Positions 10,601 to 21,478 of a stretch of 64,000 bases of DNA are shown here, piece by piece; the stretch's first letter is position 1, and each line of letters begins with the position of its first letter. The notes beneath the pieces are model-generated. The model did not search any database. It saw only the letters and a program-made list of their open reading frames with translations, and was not told the DNA's origin. Both the position numbers and the translations under genes were made by a program. Origin of the DNA: Methanobacteriota archaeon. GTDB taxonomy: Archaea; Thermoplasmatota; E2; DHVEG-1. The stretch spans positions 320,001-384,000 of the forward strand of contig CAVYNH010000007.1 in NCBI GenBank assembly GCA_963769885.1. The letters run 5' to 3'.

Positions 10601-13600
10601 ATATGTCGTAGCCGAAGTATTTCAGGTATTCAATGTAGATGCCTCTCTCCCAGGCGCTGGTGATCGTGTTGCTGTTGAAGGTGAGGCTGCCCATGGTGAA
10701 CAAGGTGTGGTCTGAGGGCCCTTCCCCGAGATCTTCTCCGAAGTCAGCGAGGTAATAGACATCGATGCCTATATCGTAGGCGTCGATGACGTTCTCGTTG
10801 AACTGGATGTTGCCCATCTTTGCGGTCGCATTGTCATAGAGGTAATAGCCGTTATCGTAGAGCTCATAGAGGTAGATACCGTCGTCATTCCTACTTGCAA
10901 TGTTGTTGGTGTTGACCTGGAAATCCTTCATCGAAAAGGAAGAATCATTATACAGGTACGCCCCGAAGTAATAGAAGTCGTCTAAGTAGATGCCTTCGTT
11001 ATAGCTCTTTATTATATTGTCGTTGAAGAGGACGCTTCCCATCGTGAAGGTTGAGGTCCCGTAGATATCGTATCCGAAATAATCGTACTCGGCGTAGATT
11101 CCACAGGATCCATCGCAGTAATCACCAGTGGTAATCGTATTCCCATTCACCTCGATATTCTTCATGGTAAAACGAGTGTTGTCCGAGGAGCATTCTCCGA
11201 GTGTCTCCCCGAAATCACCGAGGTAATTTATGTCGATACCGGTGTCATAACTGTCAATCACGTTCTGGTTGAATTGAACGTGCCCCATCTGCGCAACCGC
11301 GTTGTCATACAACTCGTAACCAAAATCGTAGAGATCATCGACGTAAATACCTTCAGAATCACTGCTCGCAATATGGTTTCGGTTGACTTCGATATCTCCC
11401 ATAGTGAAGCTTGCGTTGTCGGTAATATCGTAGCCGAAATAGCCGAAAGGAGAGCTACCATAATAGTCATCCAAGTAAATGCCCTCATTGTAACTATTAA
11501 TCACGTTGTCGTTGAAGAGGATGCTCCCTATTGTGCAGGTGGAGTTCCCGTAGATATCATATCCGAAATCTTCATATACGGCATAAATCCCGTAATCACC
11601 ACTGGTAATCGTGTTCTCGTTCACCTCGACATTATCCATGGTAAAACGAGTGTTGTCCGAGGAGCCTGTTCCGAGTTCCTCCCCGAAATCACCGAGGTAA
11701 TCTATCTCGATACCGTCGTCGTAGCTGCCGATCACGTTCTGGTTGAATTGGACATGTCCCATCTGCGCAACCGCGTTATCATACACATCATAGCCGAAAT
11801 CGTAGAGATCAGAGACGTAAATGCCTTCAGAATCACTGCTCGTAATAAGGTTTCGGTTGACTTCGAGACTACCCATGGTAAAGGTGGCATCGTTGTGCAT
11901 GTTATAGCCGAAATAATAGAATTCATCTAAGTAGATGCCTTCGCCGTAACTGTTAATCACGTTGTCGTTGAAGAGAACATCACCGATAGTGCAACTCGCG
12001 TTCTCGTACAGTTTGTACCCGAAATCCTCGTACTCGGCATAGATACCGGAATCATAGCTGCTTGTGATGGTGTTCGTGTTGACTTCGATGTCCCCCATGG
12101 TAAACGAGGAGTAATCATACATCCTTTTCCCGAAATCACCGAGGTATTTAATTTCGAGGCCCTCGTAGTAGCTCTGAATCTGGTTATTGTTGAATTGGAT
12201 GTTTACCATAACGAAAACTGCGCTGTCATGGAGACCGCACCCGAAACCTCCGATATCAACGTTAATCCCGTCATCATAACCACTCGTGATCTGGTTATTG
12301 TTGACCTCGAGACTACCCATGGTGAAAGAGGAGTCATCGTCCATTCCACAGCCGAACCCACCGAAATCCTCTAGGTAGATGCCTTCTTCCTCGTAGGTAT
12401 GGATGATATTGTCGTTGAACAGGACATCACCCATGACGCAGGTAGAATTATCGGAGCTACCGCACCCGAAACCCCCATAACTAGCGTAGATGCCTATATC
12501 ATTACTGCTGGTAACGGTGTTCGTGTTCACCTCAACGGTCCCCATGGTAAATGAGGAGTCCTCATCCATACCGTCCCCAAAGCCACCGAGATCAATTTCA
12601 ATACCTTCATAGTAGCTCTGAATCTGGTTATTGTCGAATTGGACATCGGCCATAATGACGTTCGCAGTACCGCACAGATCGCACCCGAAACTTCCGATAT
12701 CAACGTTAATCCCGTCATCATTCCCACTCGTGATCTGGTTATTGTTGACCTCGAGACTACCCATGGTGAAAGAGGAGTCATCGCTTAATCCACAGCCGAA
12801 ACCGCCGAATTCCTCTAAGTAGAGGCCATCTTCCTCGTAGGTATGGATGACATTGTCGTTGAACAGGACGCTTCCTATGGTCGAGACCGCGTGATTACCC
12901 AGATCTACTCCGATGTCCTCGTATTCAGCATAGATGCCTCGATCATTGAGGCTGGTGACATTGTTCAGGTTCACCTCGATATTCCCCATCGTGAACGAGG
13001 AATTATCGCCCATCATCGCGCCGAGGTAACTAATGTACTTGAGGTCGATTCCCTCGTAATAGCTGTGAATTCGGTTGCTATTGATTTTGATGCTCTTCAT
13101 GGTGACTGTCGAGTTGTCGCCTAGGAAAGTGCCGATGAACCAGAGATACTCGACATGGATGCCGTCATCATCGTCGCTCGTGATCTGGTTGCTGCTGATG
13201 GCTATGTTACCCATTGTGAAGGAACTGCTGTTGGCCATGAAAATGCCGAAGCAGCCGAAATTATCAAGGTAAATGCCCTCTTCGTCAATGGTGTGGATGA
13301 TGTTCTGGTTGAAGAGGATGTCACCAATAACGCAGGCCGAGTGATCAGACATGAACACTCCAATCCCCATATAGCATGCATAGATGCCGACATCGCCGCT
13401 GTCTATGGTGTTCAAGCAGACCTCGATGTTCCCCATGTGAAGCGAGGAGGAGTCGTACATATATTTGCCGAATTCACCAAAGTAATCCTCGGTGTAGTAA
13501 TCCTGGCCGATAATGATCCCATAACTGCCGCCGATGGTGTTCCCATTGAATTTAATGTCGCCTATCGTGCAGACCGTGCTCTGGTGCATCTCATACCCGA

Positions 13601-15489
13601 TGTAATCAAAATCGTCGACATAGATGCCGCAGCCGACAATAGTATTCCCGGTGACGAGGAAGGATCCCACAGTACATTGGGAGTAATTGAACATATTCGT
13701 CCCCCATCCCTCGTTGTCAACGTAAATGCCGGCACCTTCAGAGGCTTCGGGATAGGTGGAAATCGTATTATTCCTAATGAAGAAATCACCCATCGTCACC
13801 GAGGAGGTATCAAACATGCCGTAATCAGCACTATCATATCCTCCAATATAATACGAATCGAAATAGATGCCGCACCCATAGGCATCGATCACATTGTCTT
13901 CGATGATTAAATCCCCGACGGTAATACTCGACGTGTTGTGATAGTCGTACCAGTACCCATAATCATCGACGCCGATGCCTGAACCAACCAATTTGAAAGT
14001 ATTGCCCGTGATCCGCATTTGACCATAGACACCTGTGGTGGTTCCTGACCAGTTTTCTCCGTCGTAGTAGTCGACATAGATGCCGGTGTCGTCTTGATAT
14101 CCAAACGCATTGTCGGTGATGAGAATATTACCGACGGTCACCTCGACGTTGTGCAAGTTAAAGAGGTCTCCGTAGAAATCCAGACCGTCGTCCCCACCGT
14201 AGACGTTGTTCCCAGAGATATTAATCATCCCAACGGTGATGGTTCCCCCGAGGAGATTCGACACGTACATGCCGTCGTCATCGTCATTGTAGAAATCAAT
14301 GGCGTCAGCGCACGACCCGTTCATGTAGAACGTGTTCCCAGTAACACTAATCGCTCCTATGGTGGCAGTGTATCCACTTGTGTGATTGTAATCCAAATTG
14401 ATGCCTACGAACACCGCATGATCATAGTAGTCGTCAGTATATTGGTAGAACCGATTGTTCTTGATGGTACCTGGCAAACACCTTGTAGTTGGACGACAGG
14501 TTTTCCTGGTTGATCTCCCACCAGACACTATTTTCAGCATAGTAGAAGACGTTGTTCTGAATCGTGAACCCGGAGGCGTTCGTGCAATCGATTCCAATCG
14601 TCGCATTCTCGAGGACGAACCCGTCGATCGTCACATTGTTCACCGTGATGCTTATTGCAGTGGCCTCGCTCCCGTCGACCACGGGCCATCCATTGCTGCC
14701 CCTCAGCAGAGTGATGCTCTTGTTGACCACGACGTTTTCCTGATATGTCCCGGCATCCGCCGTGATGGTGTGACCATTAAGGGTATTAGGATCGTCGATT
14801 GCTTCCTGAATCGTCGCGAAATCCTCTCCCGTGTTGAGGTTGTGGACATGGCCGAGAATCAGAGGTGCAGAGCCGCCGCCATTGCTGCGACTTGTCTGAC
14901 CATCTAGAGTAGGCTGCTGAGTCTGACTATCTCCACTCGAAGGATTCGAAGCCGTACTCCTCAGTGACGGTCCTTGAGTCGCCTGTTGAGCGGTATTCAC
15001 TCCTGGACTCGACGAGGGTGTTCCCCCGGTGCCCAGGGATGCAAGGACGCTCTCGAGAGTCGGCCTCTCCATGGACAAGGACTGAATCCGGCTTTTCTGC
15101 TCGGGGGTAAGTTGTTTCACCTCGGTTTTTACCTTGGTTCCTTGGTGCGAGAGTGATGTCGCATTCAAAATGGGGGGCGTCGGATGTGTCTTGATATTTG
15201 TAGTGAGGTTATCGACGTATGTTGTTATGTCTTCGTTCTGATTCGGATTCGGTTTATTGGGGAGGGTTTTTATAGACGAAGGATTTGAATTCCGCCCTGT
15301 CTTAACCTGAGGCGGTTGATAGTCATTCTGCGGCTCCATCTTTTTCTCGTGCGATGTTCCCTTTGCCCCAAGATCTAACTTCGAGTTCGAGGGCTGGTTT
15401 ATTCCGCTGATGACCGGTAAGAAATTGGCTCCAAGGAATAGGACCATTACTCCTATTACCACATATTTTCTAGAGGTTGTATTCCCCAT
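7644..15489 (-). CDS. giant (~2610 aa) cell-surface beta-helix protein (signal peptide, ~45 repeats, NosD-like, Fn3-like, 2x PKD, C-terminal TM), split by a frameshift near 14477
   Basis: ORF 14434-15489 holds the signal peptide and TIQEAID beta-helix cap; ORF 7644-14606 holds the repeats and anchor; removing one T from gtgTTTgcca (minus strand) joins them as ...[12 protein letters not shown]... Confidence 0.8.
9330..14470 (-). repeat. intragenic tandem repeat array, ~45 units of ~37-40 aa
   Basis: Consensus GIY.D...FG..(M/L)YDN(A/S)SFTMG.I.(F/V)N.N.I.S; near-identical DNA blocks offset by 474 bp (11167/11641) and 444 bp (12171/12615). Confidence 0.9.
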
Positions 15490-15594
15490 AATTCTGGCCT
15501 CCTCACTTAAGAGTCTTATTGAAGGCAAAGAAGAAACTGCTTATAAATGTTACGAAAAATTCAGCGTAAATATTAATTTAAATTAAAATATGAA

Positions 15595-16286
15595 ATAGGG
15601 GCTGCGCCCCTATGACCCCGTTCCGCCTTCGTTCCTCGGCAAGCCCTCTTGGGCATTGCCGTATCTCACTCGGCGGTCAGGCGTTGTTGTCGGTCGTCGA
15701 TGATGGTCACGTTGTGATGGTGTTGCTGATCGCGTAGGTAGGCTGAGGATTCATCAAGGCTGGTCAATCCGGTGGACTCGTGGTGCTCGTACCCGCTCCA
15801 GAATCCCCCGCGGGGGTAGCGTTTGTGGAACCCGGGGTGAGCCTGGAACATTCTCCGGGAGGTGTAAGACTTGAGAATAATCTCAGCGGTTTCAATGGAG
15901 TACCGCTTGGGAACGTTGACCTGGAGATGTACATGGGTTTCGGCGAATCCGAATTCGCCGAACTCGAACCCAAGGCGTTCCAGGTCGTGGAACGCCTGGG
16001 TGCAGGTGTCGATGTGGCTTTGTTTTCGGAAGTTCCGGTACCTTTTGTGTGTCGGGAACATCATGGTCACCCAGTTGTTGCGGGTGTCACCCGCAACCTT
16101 TTTAGAGCTGCCGCTCGATACACTCTCCATAAGTTTTTGTACTCCTGTCGCGCGGTAAAGGGGCAGGCGGACGCCTGCCCGCCGCGACAAAAAATGTAAC
16201 GAGTGTTGTGAGAAAAAGACGACGAGCGGCCTCTCATCTGCGGGTCTTCACTGCGGTTCAGACCACGCAGTATTCCCGGCCGCTAC
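15595..16286 (-). mobile_element. IS200-like (tnpA-only) element, ~690 bp
   Basis: GC-rich block between two AT tracts; contains tnpA; hairpins at 15595-15613, 15638-15660, 16146-16189 and 16225-16284; boundaries approximate. Confidence 0.65.
15666..16130 (-). CDS. tnpA: IS200/IS605-family Y1 HUH transposase (divergent)
   Basis: HVH (HUH) motif, LK..TSR, FWSG, catalytic Y.xxQ (AYLRDQ); GGAG upstream of ATG 16130. Confidence 0.8.
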   Translation of the reverse strand: MESVSSGSSKKVAGDTRNNWVTMMFPTHKRYRNFRKQSHIDTCTQAFHDLERLGFEFGEFGFAETHVHLQVNVPKRYSIETAEIILKSYTSRRMFQAHPGFHKRYPRGGFWSGYEHHESTGLTSLDESSAYLRDQQHHHNVTIIDDRQQRLTAE

Positions 16287-16614
16287 TGATAAATTAATAA
16301 AAATAATTGTTGATATTATTTTTAATAATAGCTGTGACTCCGAACAGAAACCGATTCTCCCCCGCTGCAACCGCTCTGAACCACCTTCATATACCGCTCC
16401 AATCAGACAGAAAGGATGGGATGTGGCAGGCCGATGGGATGGAAAAAGTGGGGATGGTATGGCGGCCTGCCCGATGCGATGAAGGATTCCTTAAGGGTTC
16501 CTCATAGTATAAGTAGCTGCCCCGGCAAAATACCAAAATGACGAACTCCCGCCATTCATCAGCCCAGAATATATAAAGTGTCCATCGGATTGCCTGCCAA
16601 CAAGGAGGCCACCA

Positions 16615-17262
16615 ATGGTCATCATCGCACCCTCAATCCTCTCTGCGGACTTCACCCGGCTCGGCGACGAAATCAAAGCGGTCGAAGCCGCCGGCGCCGA
16701 ATGGCTCCACATCGACGTCATGGACGGCCACTTCGTCCCCAACATCACCATCGGGCCTGTCGTCGTGGAAAGCATCCGCAAACGCACACAACTCATCCTC
16801 GACTGTCACCTCATGATCACCGACCCGCTCGCCTACGTCGACGCCTTCGCCAAGGCCGGCGCCGACCTCATCACCATCCACGCGGAATGCGCCTCAGACA
16901 TCCATAAAACTATCAACGCGATCCACGACACGGGCTGCAACGCCGGCATCGCCATCAACCCCGAGACACCCGTGAACACCATCGAGCCGTATCTCCCGCA
17001 TGTCGACCTCGTCCTCATCATGTCCGTTCATCCCGGGTACTCAGGACAAAAATTCATCCCGGATGTGGTTCAAAAAATCGAGACCGTACATCGACGACTT
17101 CCGATGATTCCCCATCACATCGATCTTCAGGTTGACGGCGGCATCAACGCGGAGAACGCACGCCTTGTGACTGCCCACGGTGCGAATGTCCTCGTCGCCG
17201 CGAGCTATATTTTCCACAGTCAGGACTATATCCAGGCGATCCAAGCACTCCGCTCAGCCTAG
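16615..17262 (+). CDS. rpe: ribulose-phosphate 3-epimerase
   Basis: IAPSILSADF, HIDVMDGHFVPN, DCHLMI, MSVHPG..GQKF, VDGG. Confidence 0.97.
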   Translation: MVIIAPSILSADFTRLGDEIKAVEAAGAEWLHIDVMDGHFVPNITIGPVVVESIRKRTQLILDCHLMITDPLAYVDAFAKAGADLITIHAECASDIHKTINAIHDTGCNAGIAINPETPVNTIEPYLPHVDLVLIMSVHPGYSGQKFIPDVVQKIETVHRRLPMIPHHIDLQVDGGINAENARLVTAHGANVLVAASYIFHSQDYIQAIQALRSA

Positions 17263-17928
17263 ACCCGCGATGAGGTCCCGGAGTACCTTTTCCTGATCCT
17301 TCGCTTTCACAACCCCGCTGGCGAGCAAGACGCCGTCCGCGCCTAATCGCTGGGCGGCATGGACGTCCTCTCCACTTTTCACGCCAGCCCCGCATAAAAC
17401 CTTGACAGCAGGGGCGATAGCTTTGACCGCTTTCACCGTGTCGTTGACGATCCGGGGATCTGCTGTGGTCACCGAGATATCCCCTCCGATGAGCTCAGGT
17501 GGCTCCACCGCGATCATCTGCGGCAGCAGCCCTGCCGCGGCCCTCGAGGTCGCGACATTGTTCGTGCAGACGACGCTCGTCAGCCCGACCGCCTTCGATC
17601 GCGCGATACAGGCATCGATGTCCGCAAGCTTGAGCCGATGCTCGCTGTGATTGATGAGGGTCCCGAGCGCGCCGGCGGCCTTCACCGCCTCAGGCAGGAT
17701 CCACCCCGTGCAGCTCCCGGGCGGCATCGGGTCGATATGCTGGGCATAGACCGGCAGGTTCGCTGCCTGAGCGCACGGGGCGATATCCGACGGCTGAACA
17801 GCGATAACTAGCGATGCCCCGGTCTGTTTGCTCAGGTCGGCCATGAGCTTGGCCATGGCGACCGCCCGCGGTCCCGTGGATTCCAGATACGTCTTCACAT
17901 TGACGATAATGATCGGCGTCCGTTCCAT
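17254..17928 (-). CDS. tpiA: triosephosphate isomerase (archaeal type)
   Basis: N.KTY, QHIDP, INHSE, AVEPPELIG, GAGV, LLASG. Confidence 0.96.
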   Translation of the reverse strand: MERTPIIIVNVKTYLESTGPRAVAMAKLMADLSKQTGASLVIAVQPSDIAPCAQAANLPVYAQHIDPMPPGSCTGWILPEAVKAAGALGTLINHSEHRLKLADIDACIARSKAVGLTSVVCTNNVATSRAAAGLLPQMIAVEPPELIGGDISVTTADPRIVNDTVKAVKAIAPAVKVLCGAGVKSGEDVHAAQRLGADGVLLASGVVKAKDQEKVLRDLIAGLG

Positions 17929-17998
17929 AGGTGGTCTCCTCTCGTACGCCCCCTATACTCAGAAACGCATAAATAACTTTACGTGGAAAACAAACAGG

Positions 17999-19111
17999 TT
18001 ATTTCGTGACGACCAGCGTGAGGACATCCCCGTCCTTGAGGACATGCTCCAGGCCGACCTTCTGCCCCGCATGCCGCGCGGACTGCCCCCAGACCGTCGC
18101 ATACCGGAAATTCCGCTGGAAATCCCGATGGATCTTCCGGCAGGCATCCGCCACCGTCTGCCCCTCTCTCAGGATCAGCGGCTTCTCGTAATCCGCCTTC
18201 TTGCCCACCGGCTTCATGAACACCCGGATCAGCCGCAGATGCAGAAACACCTTCTCCCGCAGCTCAAGCAGCCCTGCGCCCGTCCGCGCCGAGATCGTCA
18301 CCACATCATAGCCCCTCGCCTGGATCCGCTGCGTCGCCACCCGCACCGCCTCCGCCGGCGCCATATCAACCTTGTTAATGACCACCAACGCCGGCAGATA
18401 CACCCGGTTCTGCGAAAACGAATCAATCAGCTGGTCCTCGGTCACGTTCTGCCGCACCGTGACCTCCGCGTTGATCACGAACTCCGACGCAATCGACTTC
18501 ACCGTCAGCTCACTGAGATGCGTCAACGGCGTCGTCGTATTCACCGTGATGCCCCCATGGCCCTGCTTGCGGACGATCACGTCCGGCGGCCGCTGGTTCA
18601 CCCGCAGCCCCGCCTTGTACAACTCCGCCTCGATCACGGACAGCTGCTCCAGGCTCTCCGCATCCACCATGAACAACAATAGATCCACGGACCGCAACGC
18701 CGAAAGCACCTCCCGGCCCCGACCGCGACCCAGCGACGCCCCCGAAATCAACCCCGGCAGATCCAACAGCTGGACCTCCGCCCCCTTATACGTCATCATC
18801 CCCGGGATCATCTCAAGCGTCGTGAAATCATAATCCCCGACCTTACTCGACGCCGCCGTCAACTGATTCAGAAGCGTGCTCTTCCCGATACTCGGAAACC
18901 CAACGATACCGACGGTCGCATCCCCATGCTTTTTCACTGCAAACCCACGGCCACGCCCCCCAGACGCCGCCTTCCGCCGATCCGCCTCCTCACGCAACCG
19001 CGCAATCTTCGCCTTCAACCGACCGATATGATGCTCCGTCGCCTTATTCTTCTGAGTCTTGAAAATCTCATCCTCAATGGCCTTGATCTGCTGCTCAATC
19101 GTCTGATCCAT
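17999..19111 (-). CDS. DRG/OBG-family GTPase with TGS domain
   Basis: KNKATEHHIG.LKAK, GFPSIGKST, FTT, DLPG, NKVD, TGS-like C-terminus. Confidence 0.93.
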   Translation of the reverse strand: MDQTIEQQIKAIEDEIFKTQKNKATEHHIGRLKAKIARLREEADRRKAASGGRGRGFAVKKHGDATVGIVGFPSIGKSTLLNQLTAASSKVGDYDFTTLEMIPGMMTYKGAEVQLLDLPGLISGASLGRGRGREVLSALRSVDLLLFMVDAESLEQLSVIEAELYKAGLRVNQRPPDVIVRKQGHGGITVNTTTPLTHLSELTVKSIASEFVINAEVTVRQNVTEDQLIDSFSQNRVYLPALVVINKVDMAPAEAVRVATQRIQARGYDVVTISARTGAGLLELREKVFLHLRLIRVFMKPVGKKADYEKPLILREGQTVADACRKIHRDFQRNFRYATVWGQSARHAGQKVGLEHVLKDGDVLTLVVTK

Positions 19112-19177
19112 AATCCCTGAAGTCAATCAACTCGAAACGAACCACCCCTTATAAAAAAACCGTCCCCTCAACAAAAT

Positions 19178-20113
19178 TCAAGGAACAATCGTCGTCCCCG
19201 TCTTCCCTTCTAAAGACGACCCCCCAGTCTCGATATTAGAGATCACCACCTTCCTGCCCCCAAACTCCAAAAACCGGATCGCACTCAAAATCTTCGGCCC
19301 CATACTCCCCGCCGGAAACTCCCCCTTCGCATACAACGCCTTCACCTCTGAAAGCGTCAACCGGTCCACCCCCACCTGATCCCGCGTATTGAAATGCAAG
19401 TACACCCGATCGATATCCGTCAAAATCATCAACAACTCTGCATGCACCGCCTCCGCCAGCCGCTCCGCAGCCAAATCCTTATCCACCACCGCCTCCAACC
19501 CATCCAACCCCCACGACGTCTTCTCCACCACCGGCATCCCCCCACCACCAGACGCAATCACCACAATCCCCTCGTCCATCAACCGCCGGATGATCGGCCC
19601 CTCCACAATCCGCAACGGATCCGGCGACGGCACCACCATCCGCCACCCCCGCGGCAGCTGCACCATCGGAACCCCATTCGCCCGCATCTCCACCGCCTGC
19701 GCCTCCGAATAATACGGCCCAATCGGCTTCGTCGGATTCACCAACGACGGATCCTTCGGATCTACAATCACCTGCGTCACAATCGTAATCACCGACTTCG
19801 ACAGCTTCTCCCGCGCCAACGCATTCGCCAGACACTGCTGCACCATATACCCGATAAGCCCCTCGCTCTCCGCCACACAGATCCCCAGCGGCATCTCGGG
19901 CGTCAATTCCCGCGCCGCCTGATTCTGCAGCACAATCGCCCCCACCTGCGGCCCATTCCCATGCGTTACCGCCACATCCCACCCATCTTTAATCATCGCC
20001 ACAATCGACCGGCAGCTCTCCCGCGTGTTTGCAAACTGCTCATAAATCGTCCCCTTCTGACCACGCTTAATCAACGCATTACCGCCCAGCGCGAGCACTG
20101 CCCGTTTCGACAT
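19178..20113 (-). CDS. arcC: carbamate kinase
   Basis: ALGGNAL, THGNGPQVG, PTKPIGP, VVPSP.P, GGGG.PV, DKD, GSMGPK; start at MSKRAV. Confidence 0.95.
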   Translation of the reverse strand: MSKRAVLALGGNALIKRGQKGTIYEQFANTRESCRSIVAMIKDGWDVAVTHGNGPQVGAIVLQNQAARELTPEMPLGICVAESEGLIGYMVQQCLANALAREKLSKSVITIVTQVIVDPKDPSLVNPTKPIGPYYSEAQAVEMRANGVPMVQLPRGWRMVVPSPDPLRIVEGPIIRRLMDEGIVVIASGGGGMPVVEKTSWGLDGLEAVVDKDLAAERLAEAVHAELLMILTDIDRVYLHFNTRDQVGVDRLTLSEVKALYAKGEFPAGSMGPKILSAIRFLEFGGRKVVISNIETGGSSLEGKTGTTIVP

Positions 20114-20274
20114 GAAAACCGTCCTCGAGAAAATACCGACCAAGTATAAAAACCAAATGGATAGATTGCCCTCCCCATCCCAACCCACACCAAAACACCC
20201 TCTGCCTTCTCCCTTATTAACCACCGGGGAATGCAAGATGCTAAATAACAGCACCGATTCTCATCATATCATCC

Positions 20275-20916
20275 ATGTCCTACGACCAGCAACGCCGCAC
20301 CCTCATTGACAACCTCAGCCGCGATGGTTACATCCGCAGCGACAAGGTCAAAGACGCTTTCCTCCAGGTTCCCCGCGAGGAATTCCTCCCTCCAGACCAA
20401 CGCCCCTACGCCTACGTCGACAGCCCCCTCCAGATCGGCCATGGACAAACCATCTCAGCGCCCCACATGGTCGCCATCATGTGTGAAGCCCTTGACCTCA
20501 AAGAGAGCCAAAACATCCTCGAAATCGGCGCGGGATCCGGCTACCACGCCGCCATCGTCGCCAAAATCATCGGAGACCACGGACACGTCTACACCATCGA
20601 GCGGTTCGACCACCTCGCACAAACCGCCCAAGAAAACCTCGACCGAGCTCACATCGCCAACGTCACCGTCCAAATCGGCGACGGATCCAAAGGCCTCCCC
20701 GAACACCAACCATACGACCGCATCTACGTCACCGCCGCAGCACCAGCCATCCCTCCGCCCCTGATCACCGAACTAGCCGACGGCGGAAAACTCCTCGTGC
20801 CCGTCGGCGACGTCTACTGCGACCTCATTCTCCTTGAAAAACACGGGCAGAAAACGCATTCCCGCTCACTCGGCGGCTGCATGTTCGTCCCCCTCGTCGG
20901 CGAATACGGTTTCTAA
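20275..20916 (+). CDS. pcm: protein-L-isoaspartate O-methyltransferase
   Basis: VPREEF, QTISAPHMVA, LEIGAGSGY, PYDRI.VTAA, FVPL. Confidence 0.96.
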   Translation: MSYDQQRRTLIDNLSRDGYIRSDKVKDAFLQVPREEFLPPDQRPYAYVDSPLQIGHGQTISAPHMVAIMCEALDLKESQNILEIGAGSGYHAAIVAKIIGDHGHVYTIERFDHLAQTAQENLDRAHIANVTVQIGDGSKGLPEHQPYDRIYVTAAAPAIPPPLITELADGGKLLVPVGDVYCDLILLEKHGQKTHSRSLGGCMFVPLVGEYGF

Positions 20917-21428
20917 CGCTTATAGCCTATGGTGCGCAAGAATGAATGCCGAGACAAGGCCTCTTCCTTCGTCTCAACGCCTTTCGGGGAGAACCCGTCG
21001 ACCACACCAAGGATCGCCTTGCCAGGTTCCTTCCCGAAGCTCGATTCGGCGACCACGACCTTTGTCGGGTTCGCTGTCGCACAGAAAATCATGCAGACCT
21101 CAGGCACGGCTTTCACCGCATTCAAGACCGTGACCGGGAAACAACCCTTCATGAAGATAATGAACGAATGACCCGCCCCGATTGCAACGGCATTACGCAC
21201 CGCCAACTCCCGCAGGCCATCGTCATTGCCGTCGCTGCGGATCTTACAGGGCCCGCTGGCCTCGCAGAAGGCGAGCCCGAACTGCGCCCCCGGCGCCCCC
21301 TGAGCCATCGCCTCATAGAGATCCTCGACTGATTTAATGAAATGCGTCTGACCAAGGATAAAATTTAGCTGCTCTGGGTTCTCAACTAAAATCAGAGTGA
21401 TGCGCGGGTCCTCCATGTTAATCCTCAA
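20913..21428 (-). CDS. adenosine-specific kinase family (DUF355)
   Basis: ILGQTHFIKSVEDL, FCEASG, IGAGHSF, IFCATANP, LGVVDG, IGYKR. Confidence 0.9.
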   Translation of the reverse strand: MRINMEDPRITLILVENPEQLNFILGQTHFIKSVEDLYEAMAQGAPGAQFGLAFCEASGPCKIRSDGNDDGLRELAVRNAVAIGAGHSFIIFMKGCFPVTVLNAVKAVPEVCMIFCATANPTKVVVAESSFGKEPGKAILGVVDGFSPKGVETKEEALSRHSFLRTIGYKR

Positions 21429-21478
21429 GGGAGGATGATGTACCCCTCGCTATATAAGCCCTGTGGACATCCCTGGGT

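Noticed and set aside
11160-12870. Near-identical DNA repeats as a DGR template/variable pair or CRISPR array
   Set aside because: In-frame coding duplications, differences not adenine-specific, no reverse transcriptase, cas genes or spacer structure
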